Shown here: positions 60,450 to 64,000 of the stretch, in pieces | Position numbering within the stretch: the first letter of the stretch is position 1 | Layout of the letters: the number at the start of each line of letters is the position of its first letter | IMG/VR virus record: IMGVR_UViG_3300035698_017721 | Location: 1,175 to 65,174 of that record | Reading direction: 5' to 3' (one strand) | From: a virus | Lineage: Duplodnaviria; Caudoviricetes | Length of the DNA stretch: 64,000 bases | Translations under genes and position numbers: made by a program | Notes under the pieces: model-generated | Database searches by the model: none | What the model saw: the letters and a program-made list of their open reading frames with translations, nothing else | Told to the model about the DNA's origin: nothing

Positions 60450-61014
60450 TTATTGCCAATATTCATCATCATCCTCATCATATCCATAATCAGGATCTCC
60501 TTTTAAATAATTGAATATCACATTACCATCAGAGTCTTCCTCAAAAAAGAATTCTTTACCCTCTCCAATAGCACCTTCTGCCCATTCACCATTTTCACCA
60601 TCGATCAAATGCATATACACAAAGACCCAATCTGGTGAACCCTTGTCTTTCCAACCAAATTCACCATTCCAAGTTTCTTCTTCCTTTACTTCTTGAAACA
60701 AAACTTTCGGGGCCCAGATTCCATAGCCATATTGATTACTCATACCCGACCATTCAGACTGTGCTTCAATATCATAGTTTTCGTGTACTGGTGCATACAT
60801 CTTTTTTCCGTTTACTTTAACCAGTATATAAACATCAGGACCGTATCGAGAAATTATATTATTCTCCTTTAATTTTTCTGATGCCGCCTTTGCATCTTTT
60901 TCATCATTAAATAAAAAATCCGGGTTTAATTTTTTAAACACCTCGAATAACTTCTTGTGAATATTCAGTAGATTCACTTTCGTTGAGCTGAGTAAATGAT
61001 TTAATGTGTTTCAT
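60450..61014 (-). CDS. Acidic protein with CTS-like N-terminus; +1 frameshift near 60945
   Basis: MKHIKSFTQLNES from ATG 61014 joins the 175-aa ORF if one base is removed. Confidence 0.5.
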
Positions 61015-61085
61015 CTATAAATTGGTTAGTTCACTTTATATATTGAAATTTTTCCACCAAAAACAATCAGATCAAAATATATTTA

Positions 61086-61119
61086 TATCTTTGAAACAAT
61101 TTGAAGCAAGAGATATATA
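61086..61119 (+). promoter_or_regulatory. TATCTTTG (-7 box) and GATATATA promoter pair
   Basis: Same arrangement as 52348-52387. Confidence 0.65.
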
Positions 61120-61133
61120 ACACACAAGAAACA

Positions 61134-61202
61134 ATGTTTACAACAATTATCATAGCCCGCATTATTAGACGCCAGAACAGCGTCCCGGGATTGTATTGTT
61201 GA
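61134..61202 (+). CDS. Putative attenuator leader peptide MFTTIIIARIIRRQNSVPGLYC
   Basis: Ile x5 (ATT, ATC, ATA) and Arg x3 (CGC, AGA, CGC) within codons 5-13. Confidence 0.75.
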   Translation: MFTTIIIARIIRRQNSVPGLYC

Positions 61203-61224
61203 AAATTTAGATAACGATTTTTAA

Positions 61225-61264
61225 ACAAAGGCCTCGGGATTAAGTTCTCGGGCCTTTGTCTTTT
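61225..61264 (+). terminator. Terminator hairpin of the Ile/Arg attenuator
   Basis: ACAAAGGCCTCGGGA...TCTCGGGCCTTTGT-CTTTT, ending just before the first tRNA-like gene. Confidence 0.78.
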
Positions 61265-61266
61265 AT

Positions 61267-61343
61267 TGGCGTGTAACCAGGATGCCTGATACGCATTACT
61301 AAGGTAGCGGTTGAAAACATGAGTTCGAATCTCATTTCGCCAA
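61267..61343 (+). tRNA. Atypical tRNA-Ile(GAT)-like RNA lacking a D-arm
   Basis: TGGCG/CGCCA; GATGC-CTGATAC-GCATT; ATGAG-TTCGAAT-CTCAT. Confidence 0.5.
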
Positions 61344-61390
61344 CTTTTCTGAACCTATATCAGATATATAAATAAATAAAATTATATATT

Positions 61391-61954
61391 ATGGCTAAAG
61401 GTTTAAAAATACCAATTTTGGAATTACGAGAATTGGGTCTATCATATAAAGAAATATGCAAAGAATTAAATTGTACGATCGGTGTGGTATCTTATCATTG
61501 TAGTGGTGACGGTAAAATAGTAACAGATAACCAAAAAATATCGGAAATTATACAAGCACAAATAAAGGAATATTGTAAAAATCATACTGATAAAGAAGCA
61601 ATTAAACATTTTGGATTATGTAGAAGCACAATTAAAAAATACAGAGATGATAAAGTAAAAACAATATTAACAAAAGAAGAAAAAATATCAAAAAACAGAA
61701 GTAGCGTAAGCAATAGACGGAAAAAATTGAAACAAATGGCTATAGAATATTTAGGTGGATCGTGTAAAATATGTAACTATAATAAATGCGCAAGTGCTTT
61801 AGAATTCCACCATATAGATCCAACACAAAAAGATTTTAATATTTGTAGAGGTACTATAGCATGGCATAAGATGCAAAAAGAATTAGACAAATGTGTTTTA
61901 TTGTGTTGTAGATGTCATAGAGAATTACATGCAGATTTAATTATGGCCCAGTAG
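61391..61954 (+). CDS. HNH homing endonuclease with N-terminal HTH
   Basis: GGSCKICNYNKC..ALEFHHIDP..CVLLCCRCHRELH. Confidence 0.85.
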   Translation: MAKGLKIPILELRELGLSYKEICKELNCTIGVVSYHCSGDGKIVTDNQKISEIIQAQIKEYCKNHTDKEAIKHFGLCRSTIKKYRDDKVKTILTKEEKISKNRSSVSNRRKKLKQMAIEYLGGSCKICNYNKCASALEFHHIDPTQKDFNICRGTIAWHKMQKELDKCVLLCCRCHRELHADLIMAQ

Positions 61955-62016
61955 CTCAACTGGACAGAGCATCGTCAAGGCGAGGGTTGGGGGTTCGAAT
62001 CCCTCCTGGGTCACCA
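61945..62016 (+). tRNA. tRNA-Arg-like body with the anticodon loop deleted
   Basis: Intact acceptor, D and T arms and CCA; anticodon arm TCGTC-AA-GGCGA. Confidence 0.65.
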
Positions 62017-62019
62017 TTT

Positions 62020-62092
62020 GGTCCCGTAGTTCAAATGGAAGAACGGTGTCTTTCTACGGCATTGGTTGGGGGTTCGATTCCCTCCGGGATTA
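62020..62092 (+). tRNA. tRNA-Arg (TCT)
   Basis: GTGTC-TTTCTAC-GGCAT. Confidence 0.8.
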
Positions 62093-62138
62093 CATAAATG
62101 TTATCTTTGGATAACAAACCGAGATATGAAAATATTTC

Positions 62139-62212
62139 GGGCCTATAGCTCAGTTGGTTAGAGCTCTTGACTCATAATCAAGCGGTCGGGGGTTCAAATC
62201 CCTCTGGGCCCA
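62139..62212 (+). tRNA. tRNA with CAT anticodon, probably Ile2 (lysidine type); Met not excluded
   Basis: CTTGA-CTCATAA-TCAAG; GGGCCTA acceptor resembles bacterial Ile2. Confidence 0.8.
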
Positions 62213-62342
62213 CATAAATTTGGAGTTCGATGCCTGGGTGGGCATGTGGCGATCTATAGTAACTCGAGCTATGTATAGATAATCGCGGTATAACTAAGAG
62301 CCACAGTATAACCGCGCCACCCAGGGATCGATCATCAATAAT

Positions 62343-62414
62343 GGTTTCATAGTTCAATGGATAGAACGTTGGTTTCCTAAACTGAAAATCAGGGTTCGAA
62401 TCCCTGTGAGACCA
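62343..62414 (+). tRNA. tRNA-Arg (CCT)
   Basis: TTGGT-TTCCTAA-ACTGA. Confidence 0.8.
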
Positions 62415-62634
62415 CTTAGAATAAGTCGGCAGATTTATCTGTACCTCCCGGTGCGGTAGACAAGCCATCTGATCTAAAAATGTGTACGAGTAAGCTCCGT
62501 ATACAGGCTTAGTGAAGGACCGATTCGGAATGATATGATGAACGTTGGTAGACGTGAAGTATTATTGCAGCAGTCGGGTTAAGGTGCCAGACGGAATTTA
62601 CAGCCGTAGATTGTCACGATTTATTCTTTTTATT

Positions 62635-62708
62635 GGCCTTGTAGCTCAACTGGATAGAGCACCTGATTACGGATCAGGAGGTTCGGGGTTCGAATCCCTG
62701 CTAGGTCA
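62635..62708 (+). tRNA. tRNA-Arg (ACG)
   Basis: CCTGA-TTACGGA-TCAGG. Confidence 0.9.
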
Positions 62709-62722
62709 CTTTGATGATACAT

Positions 62723-62795
62723 GGCTCCGTAGCTCAATGGATAGAGCACCCGGTTTCGGCCCGGACGGTTGTGAGTTCGAATCCCACCGGGGTCA
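62723..62795 (+). tRNA. tRNA-Arg (TCG)
   Basis: CCCGG-TTTCGGC-CCGGA. Confidence 0.8.
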
Positions 62796-62834
62796 CTTTC
62801 GGTCTTCGGATTTTTTATTTCCGAAGACCGATAT

Positions 62835-62884
62835 AGTGCATGAAAATATGTACACATTGCAGGTTCGAATCCTGCTTGCTCAAC
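62835..62884 (+). pseudogene. 3' half of a long-variable-arm tRNA
   Basis: GTGCAT/ATGTAC arm, GCAGG-TTCGAAT-CCTGC; no 5' half; preceded by a 12-bp perfect hairpin at 62799-62831. Confidence 0.45.
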
Positions 62885-63673
62885 AATTTTTATATCTTTA
62901 ACTTAACTAAAATAGGAAAGATGAAAACAACAATGCCAGATGAAGTAATGAGTGAATTATCTGATCGAATAGAAAAGATTCTTGTAAAGAAAGGTATCGT
63001 ATATAATAGAGTTGATGATACCAAATTTCTGGTAAAACAATCCGATTCTACTGCTTTATATACTGCTCAAATGGAAGCAAATGTTGAATTAGTGACTGAA
63101 GGTATCATCACACCTGAAATGATAGCTACTGAAATGAAGCAATTTTAATGATTATCCTTAATGAGGGAGACCGGGTCCGTTACACCGGTGAATATGAATC
63201 TTGCCATAATGTTACGTACATAATTAAAAAGGTCTTTACAATTATGGGCGTATGGTATGATTTAGAGCTTGAGGGTGAATGGATACCAGGACTAGCATAC
63301 AAAGAAATCTTTTCTGCTCGAGGTGAAGATGTTCTAGCAATATTAAAGAAGGCTTCCTGATCAAAGGGGATGGCGACACGAACGAGATCTTAAAAATTCT
63401 AACCCTTTGTAAAGCCGGATTATGTATTCATATCACAACAGAATTAAACAACGTATCGATAATAACGAACTTGAAAGCTACGAATATGTTGAAGCATATA
63501 AAGCAATCAGTCCATGCTTATTACTATACTTTAATACAGAACCTAAAATACGACCAATTCGAGAACATCGATTTGAACAGTATGAAAAACTATTTTCAGA
63601 ATTAGTGAAATAAATTTCCATATGTCAATATTAGTGCTTATCTTTACAACGTAATCAAAACTAGATACGTCCC

Positions 63674-64000
63674 ATGAGAACAGCATTCAATTCAGAAAGT
63701 ACAGGTCAGACAATTTATTACAGAGATGGCCAAGCATATTTATTCTTATACAATCAAAGCGGTGAGGATGTTCTTCCTGCCGATCTTAGTCCTGCAGTAA
63801 ACTTCGTGATCAAGTTAGATCAAAATGAAGTAGTTAAAAATCTCCTTGCAGGTGAACATGAAGATTATCAAGAAGATCAAATGTTTGAAGAGGCAATCTA
63901 CGAAGCGGTCCTTGATCGTTATGGATTCTCTTACAATGTAACGACCGACCGAGACAATGTTCTTGGAGATCCAATGGAATGTCTAGCATTTCTTGTTGAA
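63674..64000 (+). CDS. Hypothetical protein, truncated by the window end
   Basis: ATG 63674 MRTAFNSESTGQTIYYRDG..., after a TATCTTTA box. Confidence 0.5.
   Translation, partial: MRTAFNSESTGQTIYYRDGQAYLFLYNQSGEDVLPADLSPAVNFVIKLDQNEVVKNLLAGEHEDYQEDQMFEEAIYEAVLDRYGFSYNVTTDRDNVLGDPMECLAFLVE

Noticed and set aside
1-64000. Genome-wide TAG reassignment
   Set aside because: Core genes are full length under the standard code and no conserved gene was seen broken by TAG.

Overview
This is a 64-kb, AT-rich segment of a large T4-like (probably jumbo) dsDNA phage. The host is inferred to be Bacteroidota from TAnnTTTG -7 promoter boxes, A-rich leaders without Shine-Dalgarno sequences, a DUF4494 gene and a Bacteroidota-type OMP/ABC/OmpA module. 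Bases 1-45.6 kb are mostly minus-strand replication and accessory genes. These include a family-B DNA polymerase in three pieces (one break is a split intein with a free-standing endonuclease between the halves), RNase HII, a probable clamp, topoisomerase II A and B, dUTPase, ClpP, a ligase, a WGR-PARP and an ADP-ribosylglycohydrolase, interspersed with homing endonucleases that mostly lie on the opposite strand. Bases 45.6-64 kb are mostly plus-strand and hold three tRNA clusters, a minimal HisRS, structured RNA candidates and putative capsid-internal proteins. The most striking signal is that two tRNA arrays are each preceded by a promoter, a short leader peptide and a terminator/antiterminator, and each leader's codons match the tRNAs downstream. 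The His/Trp/Ile leader precedes Trp, His and Ile(TAT) tRNAs plus HisRS. The Ile/Arg leader precedes Ile and four Arg tRNAs. This looks like amino-acid-sensing attenuation of phage tRNA supply. Other candidates are a 10-nt translational bypass in the RNase HII catalytic motif, two amber-suppressor tRNAs followed by an ATG-AAA-TAG...RGP mini-ORF, and several tRNA-like RNAs with no anticodon loop. Several single-base frameshifts and apparent deletion junctions suggest assembly errors or decay, so read-level checks are needed. All calls are from manual motif reading; no searches were run.
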